Below, one piece after another: positions 1-11,199 of a DNA stretch of 64,000 bases. The stretch comes from an uncultured bacterium. GTDB taxonomy: Bacteria > Babelota > Babeliae > Babelales > Vermiphilaceae. The translations under genes and the position numbers were made by a program. Within the stretch, counting starts at the first letter, position 1. The number at the start of each line of letters is the position of its first letter. The stretch spans positions 320,001 to 384,000 of the forward strand of contig CAVSFC010000002.1 in assembly GCA_963727255.1 (NCBI GenBank), in the 5' to 3' direction. The notes beneath the pieces were generated by a model. It saw nothing but the letters and a program-made list of their open reading frames with translations, did no database searches and was not told where the DNA came from.

Positions 1-662
1 ATATCTAGCGCCTGCGCATCATTTTTAAAATCTGCGCTGAGTGCGCCTTCGGAAGAAATAGAGACACAATCGAATTTTTTCTTAAGCAGCCCATACAGAT
101 GATGGTGCAACAGCACCGCTGCTTCCATGCATGCCCTAAAGCTTTGCGAGCCAATAGGAATCACCATCATTTCTTGAATCCGCACTTTTCCGGGCGAATG
201 AGCACCCCCACTTATGCAATTAAACATCGCAAAGGGCAATGTTACTGAACTATACTCGCACAAATATCCAACAAGTTCATATACTTCCATTCCTTCAACC
301 GAAGCATGAGCACGTAAAACTGCCATGCTTGCAGCAAGCATGGCATTAGCACCAAGTTTCGATTTATTTGCCGTCCCATCAAGCTCGATCATCGCAAGAT
401 CCAGGCTCACTAAATTTGGTTCTTGGCCTATTAAAATTGGAGCAATAATAGATTCAATTGTGTCGATAGCCTTGAGAACTCCTTTACCGCTCATTCTTTG
501 CCCGCTATCGCGCAATTCATAGGCTTCATGTTTGCCACGCGATATCCCGCTCGGGACCGATGCAGTAACATATGAGCCATCTTCTAGGCTGATTTCGCAT
601 TCAAGCGTCGGCCAACCGCGCGCATCATAAATTTCTCTACCTACAACTTTTGCAATCTTCAT
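1..662 (-). CDS. eno: Enolase, N-terminal part (runs off the window start)
   Basis: Manual minus-strand translation from ATG at 662: MKIAKVVGREIYDARGWPTLECEI...ASVPSGISRGKHEAYELRD...GKGVLKA...LDGTANKSKLGANAMLAASMAV, typical enolase motifs. Confidence 0.92.
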   Translation of the reverse strand, partial: MKIAKVVGREIYDARGWPTLECEISLEDGSYVTASVPSGISRGKHEAYELRDSGQRMSGKGVLKAIDTIESIIAPILIGQEPNLVSLDLAMIELDGTANKSKLGANAMLAASMAVLRAHASVEGMEVYELVGYLCEYSSVTLPFAMFNCISGGAHSPGKVRIQEMMVIPIGSQSFRACMEAAVLLHHHLYGLLKKKFDCVSISSEGALSADFKNDAQALD

Positions 663-690
663 ACACTAAACCCTTTTTTTCAAGCCCGCC

Positions 691-775
691 CCGTTCGCTC
701 CGAGTGAGGCCGCAGGCCGAATCGAGAAAACATTTTATTTCTCGATTCGCATAAATGCTCGCTCGAAATGGACGG
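691..775. repeat. Inverted pair of palindromic REP-like elements (family A)
   Basis: CCGTTCGCTCCGAGTGAGGCCGCAGGCCGAATCGAGA and, on the other strand, CCGTCCATTTCGAGCGAGCATTTATGCGAATCGAGA; same architecture as copies at 7.0, 53.4 and 58.3 kb. Confidence 0.7.
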
Positions 776-896
776 TTGAGATTTTTAATAAATCAATTAC
801 CACTATACACAGATTGCACATAATTAAACATGATTATATTCCTTTTCACACTCTTGCCCTATTACAATTAAGAAAAATAGTTTTAAAGGAGTAATC

Positions 897-1199
897 ATGA
901 ATAGTATCGAGCCGCACTATTATAAAGAAATTGTTCACATTCTTACTGATATATTCCCCGGCACGCTCATTTATTACATTCGGGATAACATCAAAGAGTC
1001 TACGCAAGATGGTAAACAACCTGAAGTTGATATTGCAATCGATGTTGGAAGAAAAGTAGGGGATAAAGATCTTGCTGAAGCACAACGAGCATTAGCCGAG
1101 ACTCATATTCCCTACACTATTTATTTGTATGATTTGAACGGCGTGAGTGAACATGAGCGAAAAAAAATTATTAGTAAAGCTCAGGCATTGAAGTTATGA
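897..1199 (+). CDS. Minimal nucleotidyltransferase (MNT)-like protein, degenerate
   Basis: 100 aa with VDIAID and IPYTIYLYDLN motifs typical of MNT fold; GS motif missing. Confidence 0.6.
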   Translation: MNSIEPHYYKEIVHILTDIFPGTLIYYIRDNIKESTQDGKQPEVDIAIDVGRKVGDKDLAEAQRALAETHIPYTIYLYDLNGVSEHERKKIISKAQALKL

Positions 1200-2986
1200 T
1201 TGCGGTTTCTTCCCCGGTATCATCATTAGCCCATAATCACGCAATTTTTCAATAGGCTCAAGAGGGCTGGGGGCTTCCATCATCGGATCAATGCCGCGTG
1301 CTGTTTTTGGAAATGCAATAACTTCGCGAATAGAGGAAGTTTTGCTCATAATCATAATAAATCGATCAAGCCCAAGCGCCGCACCTCCATGCGGAGGAAA
1401 GCCTAGTTCTTGCGCTTCAAGCAAGAATCCAAACTCTTTTTGCATCCGCTCTTTAGAAAGCCCTAAAATTTCAAATACTTTTTCTTGAATTTCTGGGTTA
1501 TGAATACGAATTGAACCGCCGCCCAATTCAAATCCATTCAAAATCACATCATAGGCGCGGGCTTTCATTTGATCCTTTGCAAGATTTTCCCAACCATTTT
1601 GAGGAGAAGTAAAGGGATGATTCACTGATTCCATTTTTTTAAATCTTCATTGTATTCAAATAAGGGAAAATCAGTAACCCATGAAAAATTGAATTGATCA
1701 AAAGGAATCAGATTTAATGTATGAGCCACTTCCAATCGCAAGCGACCGAGCAAGGTCCATGCCTCTTTATAAGCTCCGGCGATTAAAAAGAGCGTGCTCT
1801 TAGGATTAAGGCCCGGGAAAATTGCTTGAGCTTTCTCATAAAAATCAGCCGGTAAGAATTTAGCGACCGGCGAATCAACTTGCCCATCTTTAAAGCGAAT
1901 CCACAATAATCCCTTTGCGCCAATCTGCTGCGCATGATCAACCATTCCATCTAATTCTGAGCGCGCAAATTCATAATCGGCAACATGCAAAGCGCCAATT
2001 TTTCCATTTTTCTCAAGAACCGCTTTTATAAATTTGAGCTCCGTTCCTTCAAAAAGTGCTGTACAATCCTGAATCTTTAAATCAAATCGTAAATCCGGCT
2101 TATCAGATCCATAGTCAGCAAATGCTTGGGCATGGGTAAGGCGAGGGAATGGAATTGGCAAATCTTTATTAAAAATCTTTTTCCATACATATGCTAATAA
2201 TCCTTCAATACAATCCTGGATATCTTTTTCTTCAATAAAAGACATTTCAAGATCCAGTTGAGTGAACTCAGGCTGGCGATCAGCGCGCAAATCTTCATCT
2301 CTAAAACAGCGAGCAACTTGGAAATAACGTTCCATTCCAGCTGCCATCAAAATCTGTTTATATAATTGAGGAGATTGGGGCAACGCATAAAATGAGCCTT
2401 GGTGAATGCGTGAAGGCACAACAAATTCACGAGAGCCTTCACCGGTATTTTTAGTTAGAATCGGAGTTTCTATCTCAAAAAATCCTTGCTTTTGCAAAAA
2501 TTCTCGCATTGCAAAAAACACTTCATGCCGTAGCTTAATGCGCTCAAGCATTTCCGGGCGCCGCAAATCTAAATAGCGGTATTTGAGGCGCAACTCTTCA
2601 TCAATATGCTCCGCATCTTCGATCATAAATGGCAAAGCTTTTGCCTTATTGAGAATGGTAAGGCCGGTCACATGGACCTCGAACTGCCCGGTCGGCAACT
2701 CTTTATTGACTGTCTCAGGGGTTCTTCTAACCACTTTTCCTTTAACCGAGATTACAAATTCCGAGCGCAAACTATGCGCCAATTCATGAGCTTGCTTATC
2801 AAAATCAGGATTAAATACAAGTTGCACTATACCCGAGCGATCACGAAGATCGATAAAAATAAGTCCGCCATGATCGCGGCGACGGGCAACCCATCCGCAT
2901 AGATCAACTGTTTTTTCCAAATATTCGGCAGTAATTTTTCCGCAATGAACAGTTCGAGCATAGTGCATTTGCAACACCTTAGGCAT
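1194..2986 (-). CDS. aspS: Aspartyl-tRNA synthetase (one frameshift near 1630)
   Basis: RRDHGGLIFIDLRDRSG, YALPQSPQLYKQ, RCFRDEDLRADRQPEFTQLD, GGGSIRIH, PPHGGAALGLDR; split into two ORFs at a T-run. Confidence 0.97.
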
Positions 2987-3031
2987 AAATTTTATTAAAA
3001 AAAGCTTATTTTAAGCTTATCATGCCTATTT

Positions 3032-3892
3032 CTAATTGTTAACAGCTGTCTTGGGGCTCTTTGCACATGGGCTTTGAGTTAATGCAAAAATGGCCCCTTT
3101 CATTTCAATTTCTTTTTTCTTCGCTTTTTTGTAATCTTCTGGACTATATGCTTCAATGAGTTTCCAATCCTCTTTATTCAATGGATTATAGCGCTGTTCT
3201 GCGATTTTATACCACAGCTCAATTGGCAAGGTAATTGGCAATGTTCGACAACAACGGTTCAAATAATGGGCCATGCGATGTACCCGCCTTGCGTGGCCTT
3301 GACACAATATATCTACAAATTTTCCGCTCGGAGAGCAAGGAAGATCTTCTTTTTTCAAACTGATGCTGGGATCCAATCCATAATAGAGGAGCGTGCTAAT
3401 GTAATGCACATCGCCCTCTGAACCAGTTGGAAAAGCATAATTCAATCGCCATTTATTTAGATCGGCCCCATATCTCAGTAAAAGCCTGAAGGCTTGCATC
3501 TTTCTATAATTAAAGCATTCTCTCAGATAGAATTCTTCTTCGCCTGCAGAAATAATCTTAAAATCCGGATCTGCTCCATATTGAAGAAGAAGTTCTGCAT
3601 TTTTATAAGCCCGAGCAAAAAAAGCTGGATACAAAAAATCATCAACATGATATGCGACATTGATACCTTTAGCAATGATGCCTTTCTCTAAAGCATTCTT
3701 CAACAACCAATGATGAGAATCATGGCGCGCTATCTGCTTAAGCAAATTTTCCTCATTTTGCTGCCATATAACTTTTTTTTTGGCTATGTTTAATACTTTT
3801 TTTATAAGATCTGGCTGTGTGTGAATATTTGATGTGAACTCCATAGGATGCATAAAGCCGCTAGAGATGATAATTAAAAATAATTTTTTCAT
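3032..3892 (-). CDS. Secreted ankyrin-repeat protein with C-terminal F-box-like motif
   Basis: Likely start MKKLFLIIISSGFMHPME; LLLQYGADPD and LLLRYGADLN ankyrin-like units; LPIELWYKI near C-terminus. Confidence 0.7.
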   Translation of the reverse strand: MKKLFLIIISSGFMHPMEFTSNIHTQPDLIKKVLNIAKKKVIWQQNEENLLKQIARHDSHHWLLKNALEKGIIAKGINVAYHVDDFLYPAFFARAYKNAELLLQYGADPDFKIISAGEEEFYLRECFNYRKMQAFRLLLRYGADLNKWRLNYAFPTGSEGDVHYISTLLYYGLDPSISLKKEDLPCSPSGKFVDILCQGHARRVHRMAHYLNRCCRTLPITLPIELWYKIAEQRYNPLNKEDWKLIEAYSPEDYKKAKKKEIEMKGAIFALTQSPCAKSPKTAVNN

Positions 3893-3900
3893 AATACTCC

Positions 3901-3931
3901 AAAAAAAAGCCCCATCACTCATTGATGGGGC
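3901..3931 (-). terminator. Intrinsic terminator after the beta-barrel gene
   Basis: GCCCCATCA-loop-TGATGGGGC hairpin followed by T8 on the minus strand. Confidence 0.8.
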
Positions 3932-3954
3932 AATTGTATCATTATGATAAATTC

Positions 3955-5885
3955 TTAGAAAGTAAATTCCATACCGATATTGACTGTGTAAGCGGTATCA
4001 TTTCCAACGCTAAAACGCGGCGTTACTGGTTTACCCTTAATATCTTTAAAATGGGTACCCGGCAAAAAGAGCGAGCCAATCGCAAAGCATTTTAAACTCG
4101 CAAATGGGTAGTAGCTTAAGAATGTATTAAGTTCTATGCCCAAATATTTGCTTGCTTGCTCAGATAAATCCGTTTTTGTGACATTGTCATATTTCTTGCC
4201 AGGACTTGGCTCCCAATAGACAAAGATGTTTGGATTCCAAACAAAACGAGATTCAGCGCATGAAGCGGGCTTCCAAGTAAGGCCAGCCCCTACAAATCCC
4301 AGATTTGTAAATCCTGAAAAACTTGATGCAAAATCTTTATTGGCCAGGGGATATTCTGGCTGCGTTCCGGGCCGTTTAACTTTACCTACTGTTCCAAGCA
4401 AGAATACGCTTTTCACACGTTTACCCGCATAAACTTCTTGCAACCCAATGAATCCTTTAAAATTGCTATCTTTTACGACAAAATTAGGATCTTGGTCGCC
4501 TGAAGCATATCCACCGGTTCCGGCAACTTGCAATTCACGGTTATAAACCCAATATGAAGCATCGGCAACAGCCATCCAGCCTTCATACTTATTTGCATAT
4601 CCATTACCATTCGGATCGGTACGGAACGCTAATCGAAGAGTTTTGCAAATTTAATGGGCCATCAACATAGCCAAGACTTGCTAAATTTTGAGCGCCTTCA
4701 ATCACTTGACCATTTTGCAACGAGGTCCCGGTTAATGAAGAAGTGTTAATCGCTTTTTGGGCATGCACTTTTTGGAACATTGGGAGCTTTAAGCCCATTG
4801 AACTGAATTTGCAGCTATCAACGATAACTTGATTATTTACCAGTCAACCACTTGCCCATTAAAATTATTCATAATAATTTGATTTCTATCCCATGGCTTT
4901 ACAAATTGATGACCTCTATTGAACGCAGTATCAAAGCCACATTCAAATGCATTATTGATATATTCGCAGGCCAATCCGGCAGTCATTAATTTACTATTCG
5001 AATCAGCAGCAAATTCTACTCTTTGCTCCGGATCATCATTATACATAATATAAGGCTCAACCGTTGCTGTTCCGTAATCATTATCGAATGCGGTCCATAG
5101 CAAACGCGCTGCAATTAAATAGTTATCTTTGCCAAATCCACGCGCATGGATGATCACGACGTCCAATTTCTTGCTTTAAAACCGGCTTGCTGGTTTCTCT
5201 AATGAATTGCTTCTGCTTTGCAACAATGCGCCATATAAATCATACTTAAGCGTTTCAGGGATAATATCACCAGAGAAGTTTAAGACCAAATGCAAATTGA
5301 TCAATCATGCCATCCGAATAGAAGCCGAGTGGGCCGGGCCCGATAGCATATGCCGCACCTAATGAAATACCGCGTCCCAACTCAAAGGGAAAGGCGCCAA
5401 CAGTAAGATAATGTTTATTTTCAAATCCAAGACCCAAGAATTCGCACAGACCAACTTGCAGCCAAATTTCACGCATCCAGAAAAACAGGCGCGGTAATGC
5501 ATGATGGTGATCTCCAAATTCAGCATTAAGAAATGGCGCTTCTGCAGGCAATGTTTGCGCAACATACTTGGACTTCCCCACACTGCACGATTACGAACGG
5601 ATGTTTTAAATTCAGCAACCGGATATCCAAATGTTTCTTTTCCATAAACTAAATCTAAGAAATAATCATTGGTATGACGGAAATAAAAAATTACATCTTC
5701 AGGAACATTATTATTTAAGAAGGTAAAATTTTTACCGGCAAATGCTTCAGGTTTAAAAATACCCCAGAAATCAATTTCAATGTCACATCTTTTTTTGTCA
5801 AGAGACATGTTTTTGCTTCTATTGAGAAACTCATTAAACCAAAAATAGCGATGCTTATTAATGGTATTTTTTTTAAGGGGATCAT
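3955..5885 (-). CDS. Putative outer-membrane beta-barrel protein (multiple frameshifts)
   Basis: Consecutive minus-strand fragments; N-terminal signal MIPLKKIPLISIAIFGLMSFSIEA; amphipathic aromatic strands; C-terminal beta-signal NIGMEFTF; own terminator. Confidence 0.65.
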
Positions 5886-6081
5886 TATAACTCCTGCCAA
5901 TGCTGACGCAGCAAAAAAGCAAAGCCCCAGCTGGAGCCCATTACTTTTACTAAAATGTGTTTACGGGAAAAAACTAACGGTTGTGATACATTGGATTATA
6001 TGTTTACAACTGAGTTTTGTACTAAATATGGTAATCAAATCATCAGTTTTGTCAAATAAAATACAGGTAAAAAGGGCATTT

Positions 6082-6986
6082 ATGACACCAAAAAAACATC
6101 GACTCTTCTTGGGGCACATATGTCTATTAGCGGTGGACTCGAAAAATCGATCGAAAGGGGCGAATCAATCGGATGCACCACAATCCAAATATTTACCAAA
6201 AGCAATCGCCAATGGCATGCCAAACCACTTACTCAAGATGCTATTGAGCTCTTTAAGAAAACTGCTACATGCATCCACTGTTCATCCGATTGTTGCACAT
6301 GCAACCTATCTTATTAATATCGCATCTCCCGATAAAAAAATTGAACATGCATCGGTAGAAGCGCTCGTTCAAAGAGCTTAATCGCTGCCAGGAATTGGGC
6401 ATTCATTATCTGGTCTTGCACCCGGGATCATATGTAAAAGGAACACCGCAAGAAGGGATCGAGCGAATCATCAGACAATTTAAATAGTATTTTTGAACGG
6501 GTTCCGGGGAATACCATTATTTCTTTAGAAACTATGGCCGGCCAAGGATCAGCGCTTTGCTCAACTTTTGAGCAAATAGCAACAATTATAAAACATATCA
6601 ATCATAAAAATAGAATCGGGGTCTGTTTTGATACATGCCATGCCTTTGTTGCCGGCTATGATTTGCGGACTCCCAAAACATATGAACAAACATGGAAGAC
6701 TTTTGATGAGACAATTGGCATTGAAAAACTCAATGTAATTCATGTTAATGATTCTAAAAAAGGACTTAATTCTCGAGTCGATCGGCATGAACATATCGGC
6801 AAAGGGGAACTTGGACTTGAAGCATTCAAGCTCTTATTTAATGATAAACGGTTTTTTGATATCCCCAAGATCCTTGAAACCCCAAAGGCAACGGAAGAGC
6901 CATTTACTGAAGATAAAATGAATATGGCAACTATTCGATCATTGCTCTGGGCTTCAACAAAGAAAACATTGGGAGTTGAAGAGTAA
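6082..6986 (+). CDS. nfo: Endonuclease IV (frameshifted)
   Basis: G(A)[63 protein letters not shown]. Confidence 0.95.
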
Positions 6987-7028
6987 TTTTGAGGTGAATT
7001 CCTGCATGCTTTTACTAAAACTGAACTT

Positions 7029-7285
7029 GCACACATCCTGAGTGCGGCCGAAGGCCGTGTATCCAGCCTTCGTAGCCTTCTTCGTTTAAGCTATTGGCAT
7101 TCGAGGTTGAACTTGGCGGAGTAGGCTCGAAGGATTGAGCGCTCTCCTACTGCACTAAACTATACAGTCATTAGAAAAACCTGAAATTCAATTACTTGAA
7201 AAAATTTAAGAAAGTATATCGCTATTATGCTCGAAAGATGAACTACCTTCGCTACGCCTGCTACGGAGGCACTCAGGATGCGCAC
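7029..7285. repeat. Composite REP/MITE-like element: inverted family A copies, left copy interrupted by a family B element
   Basis: CATCCTGAGTGCGGCCGAAGGCCGTGTATC[7064-7127 insert]GAAGGATTGAGCG and reverse copy 7246-7285 (GCGCATCCTGAGTGCCTCCGTAGCAGGCGTAGCGAAGG). Confidence 0.75.
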
Positions 7286-7306
7286 TTGTATTCTTATTTA
7301 TAGATT

Positions 7307-7475
7307 AAAGATGAGGGGAATTGGATTTTCATTTCGTGATCTGCTTAAGAAGGTGAGCTAAGTAATAGATAAGAATTTTAAAGTTATTTGAGCTAGGAAG
7401 GAATTGTAGTAGTAATCTTTAAAAATTCCTATCTATTACTTTCTCAACAAGCAGTGCATCTAACCATACTTCTTT
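7307..7475. ncRNA. Candidate long rod-shaped structured RNA (6S-like size)
   Basis: Stem 7360-7383 pairs with 7417-7441; outer stems CTGCTT/AAGCAG and AAAGA/TCTTT; lies in a gene-free interval. Confidence 0.35.
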
Positions 7476-7713
7476 GACCGATACTTTGTTTTCTAAAGGA
7501 GGAGTAACTATTCTCGATCAAAGACGCTAACCATTTTCTATCAAAAAACAACAAAAAATAAAAAACTTTTTTGCATCCAAAATTGCAACAACACAAAAAT
7601 GCTTTATTTATAGCTATTTTTCTAATTTTATGATTATTTTTTAAAAAAACAACAAAAACGCAACATTTTATGTTCGATGCAAGAAATCACCCCCCAACAA
7701 GAAAGCCTTAATA

Positions 7714-7746
7714 CACAAAAATCCCCTTTGATAGGGGGTTTTTGTA
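7714..7746. terminator. Intrinsic terminator downstream of infB (possibly bidirectional)
   Basis: ACAAAAATCCCCT-loop-AGGGGGTTTTTGT hairpin with A/T tracts on both sides. Confidence 0.7.
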
Positions 7747-7813
7747 CGGTTGATCTCTATATTATTCTATTTACTTGAAGAATTATGCGCGAGCCATCAG
7801 CTTATAAAGCTGG

Positions 7814-9918
7814 CTAACGTTTCATTTTTTTGCAGAAGTCAGGGCGTTCAACGAAACATTCAACCCGATCATCAACTTGCCAATCTTTGAAATCTTCAAC
7901 CATAAAGGCACATTCATATCCGGCATGCACTTCTTTTACGGTATTTTTATCTCGCTGAAGACTTGAAATTTTGCCTTCGCCAATCTTTTTGGTTCCACGC
8001 CAAATGGTAACCATACCATCTCGCGAAAAAATTCCTTGCTTAACATAAGCACCGGCAATAACTCCCAAATTTTTTATATCAAAGACTTTGCGAACAAATG
8101 CTTCTCCTACTTTAGTACGCACCATTTTGACCGGGGCCATACTCGTAGAAAGTTCTTGCAAGTATTCAAGCAATTTATAAATAATATCAAAAGAAGTAAT
8201 TGAAACACCGATTCTTTGTGCCAAAAGCGCTGCATTTGGTTCTGATTTCACATGGAGCGTAATAATGCGTGCACCCGTATCACTGGCGAGCATCACATCA
8301 CTTTCATTCACATTGCCAATTCCCGATTGCAACACCAAAAAGCCTTTTTCGCTTTTTTTAGATACTTTTGCAATCGATTCAAGCAACGCTTCTTTTGAAG
8401 AATTGGTATCAGTTTTAACAATGAGAGTAATATGCATTTTCTGATTGATAGGTGCGTTGTGCAGCCCTGCGATTGCCTTTGACCGGTAAAAAGTTGTTTT
8501 GTTTTTAAATATGAATCTTTATCAACAACCTCAAAATAATCTCCCGCTTCGGGCAATTCACTAAATCCTGCAACTTGCACCGGATGTGATGGCCCACACT
8601 TCAGTAACTCGTTGGCCATAAGAATCAACCATAGAGCTCACTTTGCCGGTAGTTTTGCCTGCAACAAAATGATCGCCAATCTTTAAGCAAACCTTGTTGC
8701 GTTAAAATTGTTGCAACCGGACCACGGCCTTTTTCTAATTTTGATTCAAGCACAAAGCCTAATGCATTGCCGGTTAGCTTGCGCTTGCAATTCCATAAGT
8801 TGCGATTGCAATACAATCATTTCAAGAAGCTTATCAACTCCCAGTCCTGTTTTTGCGGAAATAGGCACATAAATCGTTTGGCCGCCCCATTCTTCAGGCA
8901 ATAAATTATGTTGCGTTGCCAAATCGCGCTTTACAATATCAATGCGCGCTTTATCAACTTTATCAATTTTATTTATTGCAACAATAATAGGAACATTCAT
9001 CGATTGCGCATGTTTAAGCGCTTCAATGGTTTGTGGCATAACGCCATCATCAGCAGCAACAACTAGAATTACAATATCAGCAACTTTAGTTCCGCGAACA
9101 CGAATTTTTGAAAATGCTTCATGCCCGGGAGTATCAATAAACACCAAATTGCCTTGCGGAGTTTTCGCTTCATAGGCGCCCAAGATGTTGCGTAATGCCA
9201 CCCTTTTCTTTTGCAGCAACACGCGTTTTTCTAATAAAATCAAGCAATGTTGTTTTGCCATGATCCACATGTCCCATAACCACAACAACCGGAAGCCGTT
9301 CTTTAAGTTGCTCTTATGCAGTAGCTTTAGCAGAAACCTTTTGTTCTTGCTGGCTTTTCTACAACCGGTTTAACGGTCGGAATTTCATAATGCTGCGCAA
9401 TTCGCGCAACAAGATCTTCAGTTAAGCAGTTGATTTTTATTTGAAAAAATTCCCCATTTGAGCAGTGTCAGAATAAGATCACTGCGTTGTTTTATTAATT
9501 TTTAGCAGCAAGATCTGAAAGAATATAGGGCATGCAAAAGCTGCGATGTAGCTGCAGGAGTAATCTTTTTCTCTTCAATTTCTTTTTTGGGTTGCTCGAT
9601 CACCTTGGGCATTGGAGTGCTAGTTTTAGGAGTTTGTTGCATCATTGGGCGCTTTTAACACTTTTTTTTCTTCCTTTGCCACACCGGCTTTTGCTGCTTC
9701 TTGACAGGGGCTATACTTTTTGACTTTCAATGCGGGTTCTTTTACTTGAACGGCAGGAGCTTTTTGAGTCTTTTTTACAACTTCTTTATTAAGAAATTGT
9801 ATTGCTTCATCAGAAAGAACCGCCATATGGCTTGAAACTTCGAATCCATTCTTACTAAGAAGAGCAATAAATCTTTTGATGATAATCCATGTTCTTTTGC
9901 AAATTCATATACACGCAT
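7814..9918 (-). CDS. infB: Translation initiation factor IF-2 (many frameshifts)
   Basis: Start [71 protein letters not shown]. Confidence 0.95.
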
Positions 9919-11019
9919 TGGCAATTATAGCTCTTTCTTTTATAAAATCATCAATCAAATTCTTCCATATCCATGGCAATTTCTTCCGTTCCTTGTTGTC
10001 CCGATCTTCGCTTTTTACCAAATGAATATTAAAGCCACTCAAGCGAGAAGCAAGTGAAATATTTTGTCCCATTTTCCCGATTGCCAAAGAGCGCTGATCT
10101 TCATTCAGCCAGACATTGCAATTTTGATCATCAATAATTTCAACTCTGTTAATTTGCGCAGGCTTTAAGGAATCTCTGATCAGAATTTCCGGAGAATCAC
10201 TCCATACAATAACATCAATCTTTTCGCCGCCCAACTCTTTAAGAATTGGCTTGATGCGCGCCCCGCCAATACCCACACAAGTACCAACTGGATCAATATT
10301 TTTATCATGAGAAACAACGGCAACCTTTGATTTATAGCCAGGAGTTCTTACAATTTTTTTAATTTCAACTAATTTTTCAAAAACTTCAGGAATTTCAAAC
10401 TCAAAAAGACGCTGCAAGAAAAGCTCAGAAGCGCGATCAAGAATCAAGCTGATTATCATTGCGAGGCTCAGGCAAAACTTCTTTAAGCAATGCTCTGATC
10501 GTGTAACCGGCAGCGCATTTTTCGCCTGGAATCATCAAGAGATTTAGGCAAGAAGGCAAGCGTATCGCCAATCTTAACGGCAGCACCACCACGCTCACAT
10601 TTATGAATGATTCCATGAATAATGGTGCCTTCTTTGTCTTTAAATTCTTCATAAACCGCTGAGCTTCAATTCTTCTGATGCTGTTGGCAATAACTTGCTT
10701 GGCGCGCAAAATCTCAATACGTCCAATTTTTCCATCAAAGGGAACCTTGATCGTTGTCGCCAAGCTCAGCCTTTTCGTCTAATAGCCCGTGCCTTGCGAA
10801 GGCTGATCTGCCGATCTTCATCTTCAACAGTATTAACAACTTCTTTTTCGATCAAAATAACCATTTCATTGGTTTTTTTGTCGAATTCAACCTTAAGGGT
10901 AAGATCAGGATATTTTTTTCATATGCAGCAAGCATTCCTTCGCAGACTATGCCACTTAAAATGTCTTTGTCTAGACCACGCTCTTCAACGAGTTCGTCAA
11001 TAACTTCAGTGAGTTTCAC
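9905..11019 (-). CDS. nusA: Transcription factor NusA (frameshifted; exact 3' end uncertain)
   Basis: GTG start at 11019 (MKLTEVIDELVEERGL); FEFEIPEV, RTPGYKSKVAV, DPVGTCVGIGGARI, GEKIDVI, LAIGKMGQNISLASRL. Confidence 0.95.
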
Positions 11020-11199
11020 TGTTAATTGCCTTCTAAATAGGAGTTGCTTGTTTGATGAAAATTGTGTTGTCGAATAAATTATAAAGATTTAATTATGACA
11101 ATCGTACATATACGTAAGTGTATTACAAACCCACGCTTTAGCGCAAGCTCAACATTATCAAGTTCTAGGTCGTCAATTTGAGCCTTCATTTCTGCCATC

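Noticed and set aside
10757..10812. Family B-like palindrome (CAGCCTT...GCGAAGGCTG) within nusA
   Set aside because: It translates as ordinary NusA sequence (QISLRKARAIDEKAELGD) with no extra length.
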